A stretch of DNA of 64,000 nucleotides, from positions 132,341,254 through 132,405,253 of the forward strand of contig NC_057710.1 in NCBI RefSeq assembly GCF_004010195.1, written 5' to 3'. Below the pieces are notes generated by a model, which was not told where the DNA came from, did not search any database, and saw nothing but the letters and a program-made list of their open reading frames with translations. Origin of the DNA: Chiloscyllium plagiosum. Taxonomy: Eukaryota. Numbering within the stretch: position 1 is the first letter of the stretch; each line of letters starts with the position of its first letter. A program made the position numbers and the translations under genes. Of the stretch, positions 63,100 through 64,000 are shown one piece after another.

Positions 63100-63660
63100 C
63101 ATGTTAAGTCACTGACCTCCTCCCCTCTGGAGATCTTCCATCCACAGCTTTATAATCCACCATACACATCCCACTTCCATCTTTATTTCCCAAAATCCAC
63201 AAACAGGACTGCTCAGCAGACCCATTATTTTAGCTGTCCCTGCCACAGTGAACTTATTTCTTCCCGTGATGACACTATTTTTTCTCCCCTTGTTCAGTCT
63301 CTTCCCAGTCTCTTTGTGATTTTTCTGATGCTTAACATCAGTTCCACAGATGGCAGCTTTCCAGCCCTAGCTGCCTCTTTCTCACCATGGATATGCAATC
63401 CCTTGACATGTTCACCCCATCAGGATGGTCTGAAGACCTCCAACGTCTTCCTTGAAAGAAACCCAAAACAGTCTACATCCACCACCACCCTCCTTCATCT
63501 AGCTGTGCTCACTCTCACTTTGAACAATTTCTCCTTGAACTTGTCTCACTTTCTCCAAAGTCAAACATATGGCTGTGAGTACAGGCATGGGTCCCAGTTC
63601 TGCCTGTCTCTTTGTGGGGTATGTTCCTCAGCGGTCCTACTTGAGTCTGCCACAAGTCTT
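63100..63660 (+). mobile_element. Degraded PLE (Neptune-like) RT fragment
   Basis: PKIHKQDC, PSTTTLLHLAVLTLTLNNFS-like, homologous to ORF 4880-5887. Confidence 0.75.
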
Positions 63661-63666
63661 TCTCCA

Positions 63667-63996
63667 ATTAGATTAGATTAGATTAGATTAGATTAGATTA
63701 CTTACAGTGTGGAAACAGGCCCTTCGGCCCAACAAGTCCACACCGACCCGCCGAAGCGCAACCCACCCATACCCCTACATTCTTTAACCTAACACTACAG
63801 GCAATTTAGCATGGCCAATTCACCTGACCTGCACATCTTTGGACTGTGTGAGGAAACCGGAGCACCCGGAGGAAACCCACGCAGACACGGGGAGAATGTG
63901 CAAACTCCACACAGTCAGTCGCCTGAGTCGGGAATTGAACCCGGGTCTCTGGCGCTGTGAGGCAGCAGTGCTAATCACTGTACCACCGTGCCGCCC
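63667..63996 (-). mobile_element. Full-length young HE1-type V-SINE with (TAATC)n tail
   Basis: Head gggcggcacggtggtacagtgattagc, B box ggttcaattcc, CpG-rich V domain, (gatta)n on plus strand. Confidence 0.95.
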
Positions 63997-64000
63997 GTCG

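Noticed and set aside
63920-63996. tRNA gene
   Set aside because: It is the tRNA-derived head of an HE1 SINE, continuous with the V domain and tail

Overview
Repeat-dense, apparently non-genic window from a cartilaginous fish. HE1-type V-SINEs, HER1-like CR1 LINEs and Neptune-like Penelope elements point to a shark; a carpet/bamboo shark is likely but is inference. No intact host protein-coding gene was recognised; almost all listed ORFs are transposon fragments or chance ORFs. Content: many CR1 fragments (one with 5' UTR and esterase ORF1), at least three families of Penelope-like element (PLE) terminal repeats, Gypsy pol relics, two solo LTRs, Rex1-type and Tx1-type 3' ends, PIF/Harbinger relics, a possible hAT relic, a MITE, two minisatellites and a 228-N gap. 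The strongest hidden signal is about 20 intact or decayed minimal hammerhead-ribozyme cores (CUGANGA-stem II-GAAA-palindromic stem III-UH) in PLE terminal repeats. Several sit in short fold-back or tandem insertions with their own 12-17 bp target-site duplications. One is inserted in telomeric repeats and one encloses an HE1 SINE. Also notable are an SVA-like VNTR-containing putative retroposon and local templated insertions. All calls were made by eye without database searches; edges of old repeats are approximate.
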